Origin: Thalia democratica
Lineage: Eukaryota
Direction: 5' to 3'
DNA length: 64,000 nt
Assembly (NCBI GenBank): GCA_965202585.1
Contig: OZ241830.1
Span: forward strand, 26,784,001 to 26,848,000
Shown here: positions 23,901 to 36,063 of the stretch, piece by piece
Numbering within the stretch: position 1 is the stretch's first letter
Layout of the letters: each line of letters begins with the position of its first letter
The notes under the pieces: model-generated
The model's database searches: none
What the model saw: only the letters and a program-made list of their open reading frames with translations
Told to the model about the DNA's origin: nothing
Position numbers and translations under genes: made by a program

Positions 23901-24968
23901 AATAAACTTATAAGTGCCCCCTTTATTAGAATTTAAAACAAATCTCCTTTTTTGTTTGTTAAATACCCTACCAATTTTTCTGCCCCTTATTATCTTATGC
24001 TTTTTGATAGGGATTGCTATAAAAAACCCTGGTGTTTATCTTACTTTAGTCAAAAACATTGAAAAGTAAACAAATTTTAGAACTATAGCAAACTAAAAAG
24101 TAAAATTTTATGATTTTCCAAAATTTAAAACCGCCAAATTAGACGCTATTTTCACTTTTAAAGAAACCCTGGATTATTCGGGTATTATATAAATGTTATT
24201 GAAGCTAAAACTAACTTTTTTGTGCGCAAGAAGGCTTTATGTTCCAGTCACCGACATCACACTTGATAACACCAACAAAGTTGTCAGGGCTAAAATCGCA
24301 TGTGTAGCTGATAATTTCTCCCTTTTCGTAAAATTCAAACGTCTCATTTAAATACTTACCATTGTTTAGTGCAGGAGGAGCGTTGCAACCTATTAGTACT
24401 TATTTTTTTTTAGTTTTTAATACTTTTTTAATAAAAAAGATATGTTGATTGATGACAACAAGTATTTTGGTTGTGACTGACTGATGAGTCCTACTAAGGA
24501 CGAACCCGGTCTCAGTCTGACGAATGCTTGTGGTCGGATGATCGAGTTGGTGTGATCAAATTTTATGTAAACTTGAGTAAGATAAAAGTACTACACTTAC
24601 AATAAACTGTTTGTCAACAAAAGTTTTTTAAGGTACAGTAATTTTTAAACTTTATAACATTATATTAAGTTTTTTTGGATGGAGCATCTGCTCTAATGCT
24701 CCACGCAACCTAAACAAAAAAAATACTAGGCTCTTAGTTTATCTGCAATAAAAAAAAGTTATCGAAATAAACTTACTCCGGACACAAACAGGTAGGTTTT
24801 CATTTTGAAAACTCCAAGTAGCGTTTACCTCGCAAACGACGTACTTTGGTGATTGCTTGCTCAGCACATAACCAGAATCACAGCTGTAAGTGTAGTTTGA
24901 CCCGACAGTCGGCTGGCTCGGGTCGCTCACTTTTCCGTTATTCAACGGCAATGGTGGCGTGCTACACA
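14917..24968 (-). CDS. Locus B, upstream part: multi-CCP protein with an inverted copy of the 61-aa CCP exon array; functional only if broken exons are skipped, otherwise a pseudogene
   Basis: Phase-1 exons in transcription order: 24777-24968 (CSTPPLPLNNG...CEVNATWSFQNENLPVCVR), 24216-24389 (CNAPPALNNG...CDVGDWNIKPSCAQK), array copies 22898-23080, 22149-22331, 21405-21587, then the ACPLLD-type exon 20989-21195, array copies 20695-20877, 19982-20164, 19272-19453, 18557-18739, 17848-18030, 17134-17316, 16421-16603, and the CCP exon starting at 15122 (CSHPPRDG...TCLDGDWDHEPAFTCSPNKFVW stop 14917-14919). Four array copies are disrupted. Confidence 0.75.
15473..15965. mobile_element. Unclassified MITE with GGG-ended imperfect TIRs and ttgcacga subterminal repeats (partial related copy at 14315-14476)
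   Basis: Left gggaacgggtcaaagttgcac versus right gtgcaaatttgacagctaccc; internal duplicated accgagggtaagggtt; 14462-14476 ttttgacctgttccc matches the terminus. Confidence 0.7.
19272..19453 (-). pseudogene. Array CCP exon with a 1-nt deletion (182 nt, frameshift)
   Basis: Plus strand reads ttgtgtttgctgg where other copies read ttgttttctgctgg; the shifted frame reaches TAG before the donor. Confidence 0.8.
19982..20164 (-). pseudogene. Array CCP exon with in-frame TGA (Gly12 GGA to TGA)
   Basis: CTC GAT AAT TGA at 20130-20132; splice sites intact (donor GTTAG). Confidence 0.85.
21405..21587 (-). pseudogene. Array CCP exon with two in-frame stops
   Basis: ...DCVKDG TAG TGG GTA TGA...; ends CYR like plus copy 6; splice sites intact. 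Confidence 0.85.
22898..23080 (-). pseudogene. Array CCP exon with in-frame TAG (Trp22 codon TGG to TAG)
   Basis: Reads DCPSDPLSLDNGFANLTKHSA*; stop at 23016-23018; AG and GTAAG splice sites intact. Confidence 0.85.
24454..24535 (+). ncRNA. Type I hammerhead ribozyme motif with extended helix I and a minimal palindromic helix III; A15.1 appears mutated to C
   Basis: gacaacaagtattt tggttgt GACTGA CTGATGA GTCC tactaa GGAC GAA cccg GTC TCAGTC tgac gaatgcttgtggtc: conserved CUGAUGA and GAA boxes, 4-bp helix II with hexaloop, GUC cleavage triplet (24509-24511), GACUGA/UCAGUC helix I, and a further ~14-bp helix (24454-24467 with 24522-24535). Confidence 0.8.
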
Positions 24969-25217
24969 CTTTAAAGAAAAAATAAGCAAAAGTTTTTTTC
25001 TTACAAAAATATGTTAAATGCTAAACTCACTGTATTAAAATCTTGTTTATTATTAACAATTGTTGTTTTTTAAATTTCACATGAATACAAATAAAGTAAA
25101 GACTTTAAAGAAACAAAACAGCGATCACATCTGTTTAAGAGTCAATGCCGTCAGGCTTCTACTATTTTTTAAGTCTTTGGTTAATAAAAAACAGTTATAA
25201 AATGTAAATTTACTCAC

Positions 25218-26788
25218 TTAACATTGTTCGCCAAACAAGATTAACTAGATGGCAAGAAGAGCACTTCATTCTGCAATATTTATTAAAATATGATTAATTT
25301 ATCTTAATAAATTGTTTTGTAAATAATAATTATAAAGTTTGACAAAATTGCAAGCTCCATAATTTTTTTACAAAACTAAGATGTTATATATAGAATTAAC
25401 AAGAAAAAAAAAGTTGAACTTTGAGGTCAAAAAAAATATTTTGATGGTTTAATTCAACCTAAACCAAAAATGTAATATCTACATAACAAGATGAATCGTT
25501 TATGATGTTTTTTCTCTAAATTGATTAAGAATTGTAAGCTCCATTAATTTTTTACATAAACTTGTTTATAGCGAATAAGTGTTCAAAAATCCGAATATAT
25601 GATTTTGAAAATCAGCGAAACTTTAGCCTCCCAAGTATTAGTTTTTGTAATGAAAAAATATTGATAAATAATAAATTTAACAATGATTTTTTCTTTTGTA
25701 AACTACTGTGAACAGCTTTTTAAGATTTTGGATATTACTATTCTAAAACTTAAATTGCGTATTTTAAGTTAATAATTATTATTTTATGTTGTTTGTTTGT
25801 TCTAAGATCATTATTTTTTAAATCTATCATAAGTTTTATTTTTCACATCATTTGGTTTTCTTAGAACGTCAGTGGTTACTATAACAACTCTTTTACAACT
25901 ACAAGTTGGCCAAAAAAAAACCAAACCTACTAAACCTAATTTACCATAGATTTCATTAAATAATTGTTTTTCAAAACAGAAATAAAACTATATTATATAT
26001 ATAAAGTTTTACGCTAGCCAAAGTTTGTTAGGAACTTACAGAGAAAGTTTTTATTTGCATATTTTTCCTTAGAATGACTAAACTAAATTAAACTTTACTT
26101 TTGAACATAATTATTTTGTATAATCTTTAAATATAATAATAACATAATTAAATATAGTTATCAATAGTTTTAAAAGTTTGTATAAACAACATTATTTAAT
26201 ATTAAGTAGCTTATAAAAAAAAACAAAAAAAAACTAACATAGCTTAAATAGTTCTTCAATGTTGAAAATTGTTGAAGTATTCTTGTCATTTCATAGCATT
26301 TTAATTTATATGTTTTTAATTTTCTTAAAGAAGCCAAAAAATATAAGGAACTGAATAGTTACGTCACAAAAAAAATTGTTCAGTTTTGCTGTAAACAACT
26401 CCGTTTGCATACAATTTGCATACATTATTTCAATCTCCTTCCTGGAAACTCTTTCAAATTTATTTTTAACTCAATATTATCTTATTTTTGATGAAATACT
26501 TATTGTACTCAATAAGCTAACTGCTTAATCAAACTATATTAACTTTAGATTTAGTGAAGCTAGTTTTTACAACAAAAACTTCTTTGTTTAAAAAAAGGTT
26601 GTTAAAATGCAATTAAACTATTTTTAACTATACACTTTTTATAACTTCATATACAAAGTAGTAGCAATAACCAAAAGAATAAATAATTAATGGAGTAAAG
26701 TATACTGACCTGCCGCCCGCGTAACTTTGCATGATAAACACCAAAAGGAAAGCGAACACAAACGGCAGGTGCGAAGAATCGTGGCAGG
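25218..26788 (-). other. Candidate 5' exons of locus B, including a signal-peptide-like exon
   Basis: 26710-26788 is a GC-rich island reading ...HLPFVFAFLLVFIMQSYAGG with donor AG|GTCAG. 25218-25270 (gcag|a...a|GTGAGT) converts phase 2 to phase 1 and joins the 24968 exon in frame. No initiator ATG was located. Confidence 0.3.
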
Positions 26789-26990
26789 CTCAAAAATAGT
26801 CTTTAAAAATATGTTCAATAGACGTAGTAACCCGTTTTTATATTTATAGCTTCAGTTAATACAAACTTATAATAACTAATTTAAAGTTTATATTAAAAGG
26901 GTATGAATTATTATTTAACATACTTGTTGTACACATTTTTATTTAAGTTAAAATTTAAATGTGCACTAAACAGTTTATTGTATTAGAGTA

Positions 26991-27678
26991 AGGGTGGGCA
27001 ACGTACGGCCCGCAGATGAAAATTACTGGCACGTGAGTGAAGTGTACAGCCAGCCAAAGTTAATATTGAAAAATTGCATGAAATTTTGTATCAAAGTTTT
27101 ACAAAACAAAACTGTGAGAGTTTGACTGTTAAACATGTTTACAAATGAGTTTTAATTTTTCAAGTACTGATAAAAACACTAGTTTTTTCTTATATTTTGT
27201 ATTATTATAGCTTAATTGAAATATCATTTTGTCAACTTAACCCAAACAAAGTGTTTGTTTAAATCTGATACTTAAAATACCTACCTTTTTCAGTTACTAT
27301 GTCAATTCTGTTTTTAGACACAAAATAAACATCTGACATGTCTTAATCTACATCTTAAATTGTCAAACTTGGGAAATTTTTGTCAATTAGAAAGATTCAG
27401 AAAAGTGATCAACCGTATCAATAAAGTTAGATTCCGATCAATGCCGTAACATTTATTTAAGTTGGAATCGGACCGGATCCGGATCTCGATTAAAATATTT
27501 TATTTAATCAGATCCGGAAATATTTTCAAATTAGGATCCGGCTGGATCCGGATCTAAAAATACATTATTCGGCTGGATCCGGTAGGATTTAGTAAATCAC
27601 TAATTCGAAATGCTCCGGCCCGCCAAAGACTAAAACTTTTCGGATGCGGCCCGCCGAATAAAAACGTTCCTTACGCCG
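26991..27678. mobile_element. Degenerate hAT (Charlie-like) MITE with a nested gatccgg-rich insert (~27405-27600)
   Basis: agggtgggcaacgtacggcccgc at the left, gcggcccgcc...acgttccttacgcc at the right; a related right-end fragment lies at ~8455-8505. Confidence 0.55.
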
Positions 27679-27690
27679 ATATTAGATTAA

Positions 27691-28375
27691 GGCCATAGGG
27701 GGGAGGTAAACCATGTTTTTCACAAGTTGATCTTATTTTATAGAGTTTTTTTATAAGCTTCAAGATGCTTTTTATCGTTTTAAAAAATCCGAATTATTTT
27801 TTGATGTATGACCAGTCAAAGTCGGACCGCATAATAGGTTCCCTATGGGAAGGGAAAACTAAAACAGCAAAAAAAGACTATCTCATTTAAAATCTATCTT
27901 CTCCTACATTTTTCAAGCAATCTTCTTCAAACTTTCACAGTCTAATCTTTATACAATAACAAAAAAACGTTACTTAAAAAAAACACTTTTTTTGTAAAAA
28001 ATTTTTTTTTCAAAAAAAAACACTTTTTTTTTTAATATTTGTGATAAATTTTTATTTTTTTAAATTATTAAAATTCATAAATAACGTTTTTTCCTTTTAT
28101 TATAAGGAATACTTCCTGAAAATTTGAAGAAGATTGCTTGAAAAATAAAGGAGGAGATAGATTTTTAGTGAATTTTAAAAATTCAGAGAAAATTAACCCC
28201 GAAAAATTTGCGATCCATTCGTTTATATTGAAAAGTTTTTTGAAAAATTGAATATCTCAAAAATTAAATGATATTTTTGAATTCTATAAAAACTGGCTTG
28301 TAGTTTGTAGTTAAAGCTTTCATATAAATACTAAAGTTAATTATTATAAAAAAAATGTTGGACCCCCCTATGGCC
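27691..28375. mobile_element. Kolobok-like MITE (TTAA TSD, GG...CC termini)
   Basis: TTAA-ggccataggggg ... cccccctatggcc-TTAA. Confidence 0.75.
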
Positions 28376-28977
28376 TTAACTTGCTAAGATAAGCTTCTTC
28401 ATATTTACTTATTATTAAGTATAGAAAGCCTTCCTAAAAGTGTAAAACTAGACATAGTAGTCAGTTTTTATATATTTACAAATTCAGTTACTACAAATTT
28501 ACAACAAAAATTTGTTAGTTTATAAATTAGCCTGAATTATATTAATAAAAGTTATTTAAATGATCAATTAAATAAAAGTCAGATCATTAAAAAAGTTGCA
28601 AGACATATTCAAGACATAAAAAAAGCCGGAACATAGAGTTTAGAAGATCATATAAGTTTGTTAAATTAACTTTAGTTATACAACATGGCCATACAAAACA
28701 TATACTTTTAAGATATTTTTAGTTGTCAAGTCATACGGCAGAATAATGCAATAAACTTTTAATGATAGTTAAAAGGATGTATTATTGTTTTTAATAACTT
28801 ATTTCATGATAACGAGCTTAAAAGTAATGATCTAATATGTTTACAAGAAAAAAAACAATTATTTTATGAAGTAAACATCTTATTTAAACAAAGCTTTGTA
28901 GCATAAAATAATTTAGAAACCAAGGTAAGTCTAAAGAAAAAAGTTGCATTATCTTTTAATTTTCTCACAGTTTAAAT

Positions 28978-29218
28978 TAGGGTTTCCCAATTTTTTTTCT
29001 CCTTTAAAAAAATTAAAAATATTGCCCCCCTTAACCTAAGAATATCTAGTGTTAGTTTCATAACTACCATTAAAAACACCTAAGACCTTTTTCTTTCTTC
29101 GTCATCAACTCCAAAATACCTAGTAAAAGTTTCAAATTATAACTCCATAGCCAATAATGTGGTCCCTTTGCAGCTCATGGCCCACAAGGGGGCTACTTGA
29201 CCTCTTTGGAAAACCCTG
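28978..29218. mobile_element. hAT (Buster-type) MITE
   Basis: TIRs tagggtttcccaa / ttggaaaaccctg; near-perfect 8-bp TSD gtttaaat / gtttaaac with central TA. Confidence 0.75.
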
Positions 29219-32200
29219 GTTTAAACCAATGTGTTATTTTTTAAACATAAATTAGTATATGGGTTGGCACCCTTTTGTAAGTCACGACCCACATGACAAA
29301 ACAACAGCAGGCAGAAATAAAATAAGTCTTCCGCGGTTATATAAATCAGTGGTAGAAATTATTTTTAAAGTGCTATTTTAGACTAAGTATATGATGAATT
29401 AAGCAGTATTATATTACTAGTTGTAAATAGTTATGAAATTAAGAGCAAAATTTTTAGTTTTCGCCACAAAACCTTTCTTAATGCTTTAAAAAATTAAGTG
29501 TTTAGCTATAAAGTACTTCGCAAGCCGCAGTTTGCCGACCCTTACTTTAGTATAATTTCACATATTTTATACTAAACAAACAACAGAGCAATTTTAACAT
29601 AGCTACTTTATTCAAATTTTCTACAAATCATTTAGTTTTTGATAAGATAGTTTTTAGTTTAATTTAAATAAATTATTTACGTGGCTCAGCTAAAACAAAA
29701 ATTTTTATTGATATAAAAATTAAACACAGTTGTAAATAGCAACAAAAATTATCTAATAAAGTTGTGTACCAATAAAAGTAATATATGCACCTAGAGTCTA
29801 GCTAGACCTTAGTTATTAAAAACGGGTGACTTGGCAAATAGTCAGGTTATCATTCGCTCCAAAAAGCACGAAGTATAGCTTTTTCAAGAAAGTGTTTACC
29901 GTTTAAAATATATGCACTTAAAGTGTAGCTAGACCATAGTAATTAGCAACTACTCTCTGTTCAAGTGTTTTGCTGATTTTATATCAAGTCTGAGAAATCA
30001 AACAAGCTAAAAACTTTACTTGTAAAGGTACTTAAATCAAATCAATAGTTTTGCTCGAACAAATCCTATCAAAGTACCAATTAGGATAAATAGCATGGGA
30101 GGTACATTGATTTATCATTTTCATTGTTCTTGTCCAGAAAACGTAACTAATTCTAATGTATTACTATTAGATATATCAGACCATTTTCCAATATAAATAA
30201 ATTAAAAAAATTCCGTTTTAATTAAAAGTAACTCTAGAACAAAATAAATATAATTAAGTTCTTTTTTAAATTAACACTAATTGTATTTTTACTAATGCTT
30301 CTTACATTATCAAAAAACATGAATCAGGCAAACTATAAATCTAAAAATTCCTTAAATACCAAATTTAATAACTTAATAGTTCACTTAATGAGATTACTGA
30401 CCAAAATTTCACAACTAAAATAATGTCTAAAGGTAAATAAAAATAAAAGTGTAAACCCTGGATAACTAAAGAAAAACATTTAAATAAAATCAAAAAAGAG
30501 TTAAGTAAAAACATTTACAAAAATGACTTTATTAACCTAGTTCAGGGTTTCCCAAACTCATTTACTAAATTGCCCCCTTTTAAGTAATTTGAAAAAAAAT
30601 CGCCCCCCACGATTTTACAAAGTAGTTTTTCTTTTAAGCTAAAAAAAGTTGTGTTCGAAATGTAATTTAGTCTGGTACTTCTTATGCACGTACTTTTGTG
30701 TTCAAAATAGTTTACAGGGCTTGAGAGGTAATTTACAGTTATTTTCTTAGAAGCTCAGTAAAGTGTATTAAAATACTTAATTATTAAAAAGTCTTGTGTA
30801 ATCTGTAATCAATCCTGTTTAAATATGAACTGTTTTGAAACTAATGAAACTTTTAGGTCAGTGGTGGACAACTTTTGTAGTCAGCAATTCATATTTACTA
30901 AACATTTTTTTCTAGTTTCAACTCGTTAAAAAAATGTAATTGCGGACTGCCTGATTTAAAAAAAACACAAATAAGAAAATTAAAAAACTCGAGCAAATTT
31001 GTAATAAAATGAATTAGTGTTATTATGATCTAGGAAATACTATTGTGAACTGAAAACGAAATGAAATCGTAATTCAAAATATTAAGTATCAAAAAACTAA
31101 ATTTTAATTATTTTGCATAAGTAGTTTTCAATCTTCTTAGCGGGTCGAAATTCGACTGGATATGCGACTGGATCTGAGCCGTACGTTACCTATCTGAAAT
31201 CTTAACTGAAACCTGACATTATAATAGTATCTCCTATTACAAATTTCGGACATTCAGAAGTTAATACTAAGTAACTTTTTTAAGCAGCACAAAATACTTA
31301 ATTTATTTTATAAATAGGCAGATTCTAAAATAACTATACCAGAGATTAAAAAAGTATAAAAAAATGAACAGATTATTTTACACATAATAAAATAAAAATT
31401 AAAAAATAATTTCTGATCTAGTTTAAGGAAGTTTGACCGACTGGTTGATTATCTCACATGAAAAGTGGTTTCATCAACAGCTTCAGTTAATGCAGTAAAT
31501 TTGTTAATTTAAATGCTAAGATATATTGTAAGCAAGTTAGTTGTAAAGTTAAAAATTTAATTTTAAACTTTTTAAGCTTTTTGTTACGTAGTAGATACCA
31601 TGAAATAGTATTTGAATCGGAATAATCTTTAGGGTACTAAACCTTAATTCTAACAATTTTTTTCTTTATTTAAATTCAAAAAAAAAAAAACTCCAATGTT
31701 TTACAATTAATTCTGTGAACAGAAAGTAATCAATTAAAAAAAACTTTTAACTAGGTTAAAACTTTGTTTTGTAACTGTAGCAGTCTTTTTGATGGCTTAT
31801 TTAATTCTGTTTAAAAAGTTTTTTTTTTTCTAGCTATTAGCCTATAATAGTTTAACAGAGGAAAATAGTAAAAAACTAAAAGCTAGCGTTGAAGTATTAA
31901 AATAAACTAGTATATTCTAATTGCTAATATATATTGAATTAAGATAAAACAAAAAACAGTTGTGTTAATAGTTTGAAACTCCTTATATAATGGTAACTTT
32001 TTTAACAATAATAAATCAAGTTAGAAAATAAAATTGAGTTTAAGAAACTTTTAAATGAAAAAGTAGAAGTCATTTTAAATAGAGACCTCAAATTTATACT
32101 CTTTTAAAACCAAAAAATTCTTTTTAGAAATACAAACTTTAATGGTTATCAAAATCTTACAATCAGATAATAGTTATATAGTGATATAAGTTATATACAG

Positions 32201-32374
32201 ATTAAACAAGTATTAACAAAAACCTGTCAAATAAAGGTCTTTCAAACAAATATTTTAATCACTATGCTATAAAAACTTTAGTGTAATGTAAAACGACGAA
32301 TATGAACTACAAAATTAACCAGATCAAAATAAAACTATTAAAAACTTTAAAACATAAACCATTTAATAAATGTA

Positions 32375-32688
32375 GTAGACTTCCGCTTGAGTTCGCTTTT
32401 TGAAAAAAAATCAAAAAAAGCAAACTCAAAAAATTATTACCATATTTTTTTTACAAAATGACAAATTTCAATATGTTATATGCGATAATGTTATGTATAA
32501 ACATGAAATCCACTAAAACATAAAACAAATTTTTATAAAAAAAAAAGATCTATATAAGCTATTAAATATTATATATTTTTGTTTTTTGTAATATTTAGTT
32601 ACTAATAGACTTTACTTTAGTTAATTTTAAGAAAAAAAAAATTACACTTTTCATTGGGTAAAAAGTGCGAACTCAAGAGGAAGTCTAC
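32375..32688. mobile_element. MITE nested in the hAT element
   Basis: ~27-bp TIRs gtagacttccgcttgagttcgc-tttt / aaaagtgcgaactcaagaggaagtctac. Confidence 0.7.
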
Positions 32689-32871
32689 CGTAATTGATAT
32701 TTATTAGGCATTATGCAAACCTGTTGTAGAATAAATAGCTTAATAAGGTTGTTTTAATAAAAAGACTGTCTTAAATACAATACAAACCAGGTTAAATAAA
32801 AAATATTTCAAAAGATCAAATAAAATTTGAAAATTTTCATAAAATAATGTCTGCTACTATAGTCTAATATA

Positions 32872-33223
32872 ATGTGAAGGATGAGGTTCATTACTGCTTG
32901 CAAGTTTTTCTAATCTGATTCTTAATCAGTAAAATAGAGCCTTAAGTCACCTCCTTTATAAGTATCTAGATTAGATCTTTTGCTCAAGATGTTGATAACT
33001 GAACTGAAAGCTTTCTCAACAACATAGCTAGAAGGAAAAGCTATAAACAACAATCTAAATTCCTCTCAAATGATTGCATGCTTTTGCCTTAGTTTTTTTG
33101 TGTCCAAAAGCTTTCATATCGTTCATTGGAAAAATTTACTTTAAGTTCAAGGTCAGTTTGTAAGTCTGAGAAGGTTTCCTGTAAGTAGTTTACTTCAAAA
33201 GTATCTGCCTCGAAGGGATCCAT
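32872..33223 (-). pseudogene. hAT transposase C-terminal dimerisation region remnant
   Basis: ...YESFWTQ...FRLLFIAFPSSYVVEKAFSSVINILSKRSNL...GDLRLYFTD...HPSH with stops and a frameshift; matches the Buster-type FPSSYLVE.GFS / GDLRL / PSH motifs. Confidence 0.85.
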
Positions 33224-34724
33224 ACTTTTATCTATATGATAGTTTTTTTTGTGTCAAATCTAAATTTTACTACTTAATATTTTAAAATTGTTAAATTCAG
33301 ATTTTTTCCTGGTATTTTTTTTCCTTAAATTGTCAAATTCCACGTTTTTCCAGGTTTCTAGGTAAATTGGCAACCCTGTATAGTTTTATTTCTTAGTCTA
33401 ACTTAGTGACTTTTCAAAAAACAACTGGAAATATCATGAGGTGATAGTTAATAATAAATAATATAGAATTTTACAAACCATTTATGATTCCAAATAACAT
33501 ATATGTCAGGTAATAAAATAGTGAGAGGGATTCCAATGGTCTATGATCTATATAATTGTTAAATAAGGAAATATATGAATGAAAATATAGTATTTACTTG
33601 AAAGTAAGAGTCATAAGCACTTGAATTTTTTTCTATTTTTTACATAAATAAAATAAACTTTTTTGTTTAAGTTTTACCTCAGGGTCAAATAATCAATAGC
33701 AAGCTAAAATTAGTAAACTAGCAAGAAAAAAGTAAAAATCTTATAATAGCCCAAAATTTTTAAATCGCCCCCTTTTCGCCCCCTTACTAGTTATCGCCCA
33801 CCCTTTCGCCCCCTTACTAATTATCGCCCCCCGAATTACTAAAATCGCCCCCAGGGGGGCGATATCGCCCACTTTGGGAAACCCTGACCTAGTTAGACAA
33901 CAAGAATACAAAAAATGTAGAAATAAACTTAAAAATACCAATAGAATTCTAAAAAAACATACTATAAAAACATGTTTAAACATTCTTATAAAATTACATC
34001 TAAAATTTGGAAAGTAATGAATAACATTACTAATATACAGAAAAAAAGCAGCTTTTTTCCACTTAGATTAAATTTGAATCAAAAATCTTAAAAAAAACCA
34101 ACAGATACAGTAAACAAACTAAACACTCAAATTTTTAAGATTTGAAAGCAGACCTTAACAAATAAAGATTAGGTATTATTACACTACGAGAACTTTTAGT
34201 GATATTTTTTTTAGTGGTTTGATGTTTTTTCAACTGAAGTATGTAATATTATTTAGAGCATAGATCGAAACAAAGCCAGTGGTGAGAATAGTATATTTGT
34301 AAAGATCCTTAATAAAATAAACAAATTTATATTTTTTTTATTAAGTAAATTAATTAACCAAGCATTTTATGAAGGCACTTATTTAAGTAGCCTAAAAATT
34401 GCAAAATAAGCTACTTAAATAATCCAGTTTTAATACCATTTTTTTAGTTAGGATGTAATGTTAGGCTATTTTTCGCAAAAGGACAAAATAGTCATAAAAC
34501 ATTATAAGTGCCAAAATAAGTCTTCAGTTTGCATTTTTGAGTTGGAGATTTTGAGTTAGTGTGTTAGCAGAGTAAATTTAGGTGTATCTGCAAGATTGTT
34601 ACTAAAATGCAACTGTGAGTTCTTATTTGTTCTCTCCTTAAATCTTATTATTTTATTATTTGCAACCTCATAGTTAATTTGTTTGAGTGTAAACTTAGTA
34701 ATTTTTTGATTGTATAAAGTTCAT

Positions 34725-34960
34725 TAGTGATTTCTAGCACTATTTTAGTGATATTTAAGGTTTAAGTTTTCTCTATTTATTAAAGTTAGGCTTAGGTCTA
34801 TTAGTAATGTAATAGTTGTGTATAATTTATTAGAGATTTTTAGTGATATTTAAAGTTTAAGTTGTCTATATTTATTAAAGTTGGGCCATTTAGTAATTTT
34901 ATAGTTGTGATTTATAGTACTTTTTTAGTGGTATTTAAAGTTAAAGTTTCTGTAGTTACT
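34725..34960. repeat. Degenerate tandem repeat, ~92-bp unit, about 2.5 copies
   Basis: ttagtg(a/g)tatttaa(g/a)gtt(t)aagtt recurs at ~34746, ~34840 and ~34925. Confidence 0.6.
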
Positions 34961-35643
34961 AGTTAATACTAAGTTTTAATTTAAATAATTATTATTGATA
35001 TTCAGATTGATATTCATATTTGTTTTCAATTTAATATTCATATTATTATGAGGGTGAACTTGGCTTGAATGGTGTTTTTGTAATTGTTTTTTTAACCAAA
35101 CTTTAAAACCAATTAATTTAAAATTCTTTTATGCTAACTTGAAACTTTTTTTTTATTCTAAAGTTCTTTGCTTTTCACAATAATTTCCATCGAATTGGGG
35201 TTTGACTTTTGCAGTGGGGCCCCTTGAAAAAATTTGAGTTTTTTCTATGTTTTTAGTTTTACAAGTTTTTCTCCAAAAATAATATTTTTTTAATTTTTTT
35301 ATTTAACATACTTATTAAACTAAGTTTAAACTTGTAATTAATTTTTTTTTTCCAATTTTTTTTTATACCATAAGCCCAAATAAATTTTTCAGAGAAATTC
35401 CAGTTTAGTATTATTTTTGATTTTTAGGTTTAAAGACTTTTATGCAAAATTTTTTTTTTTCAATAATTTTTATTAATAACAGACTTTATTAGTTAAGTTT
35501 CATGACGTAATTATTTTTTTTCCCAATCAATTATTGTTTTTGAAATATATGACTCATACAAGTTTTACGTAAACTCTTAGCACTTGAGCAAGAAATCCCT
35601 CAAATAACTTTGCTAAGAATTTAAGTAAAACTTGTATGGGTAA

Positions 35644-36063
35644 CAGGGTTGCCACTTTACCTGGAAACCTGGAAATACCTGGAACTTGATAATTTAGGCT
35701 AAAATAACCTGGAAAAACCTGGAATTTGAGAAATTTTGAAAAATACGTGGAATTTTGATCAAAAAACCTGGAAAAACCTGGAATTTTTAATAATTTTAAC
35801 ATTTCCAGTAGTAGAATTTTGATTTGAAACAAAAAATCTATCATAGAATTAAGATTTTTGTCATCATCAATTTCTTTTTTGATGAAAAACACATTTAAAG
35901 TAACTTTACAATATTTTTTCTATATTTTTATACTTTTTAACACAGTTTCTTAAATAGAAATTAACTTGAAACTAAAAATAGACCCAAAAATGTGTACTTT
36001 TAAAGACCTGGAAGAAATTTGGAAAACTTGGAAAATTTTTTGAAAAAACGAGTGGCAACCCTG
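35644..36063. mobile_element. hAT-like MITE, CAGGGTTGCCAC TIR family with aacctggaa repeats
   Basis: cagggttgccact ... agtggcaaccctg; no TSD visible. An inverted partial copy lies at ~33225-33378 and decayed internal copies at ~36070-36250 and ~38390-38575. Confidence 0.8.

Larger units (their letters stand above)
30543..33886 (-). mobile_element. Decayed hAT (Buster/Charlie-type) DNA transposon, 3344 bp
   Basis: TIRs cagggtttcccaaa / tttgggaaaccctg; perfect 8-bp TSD acctagtt on both sides; atcgccccc subterminal repeats; transposase remnant inside. Confidence 0.9.
30040..34050 (+). mobile_element. CR1/L2-clade LINE remnant (APE endonuclease end and linker), split by the hAT insertion: 30040-30542 and 33895-34050
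   Basis: Decayed translation ...PIRINSMGGTLIYHF...VLLLDISDHFPI, ...KPWITK..., and after the insertion ...EYKKCRNKLK...YYKNMF...IWKVMN, the typical ORF2 motif order. Confidence 0.7.

Noticed and set aside
33741-35892. ORFs 33741-33983 and 35554-35892
   Set aside because: They overlap hAT subterminal repeats and a MITE; low-complexity translations.
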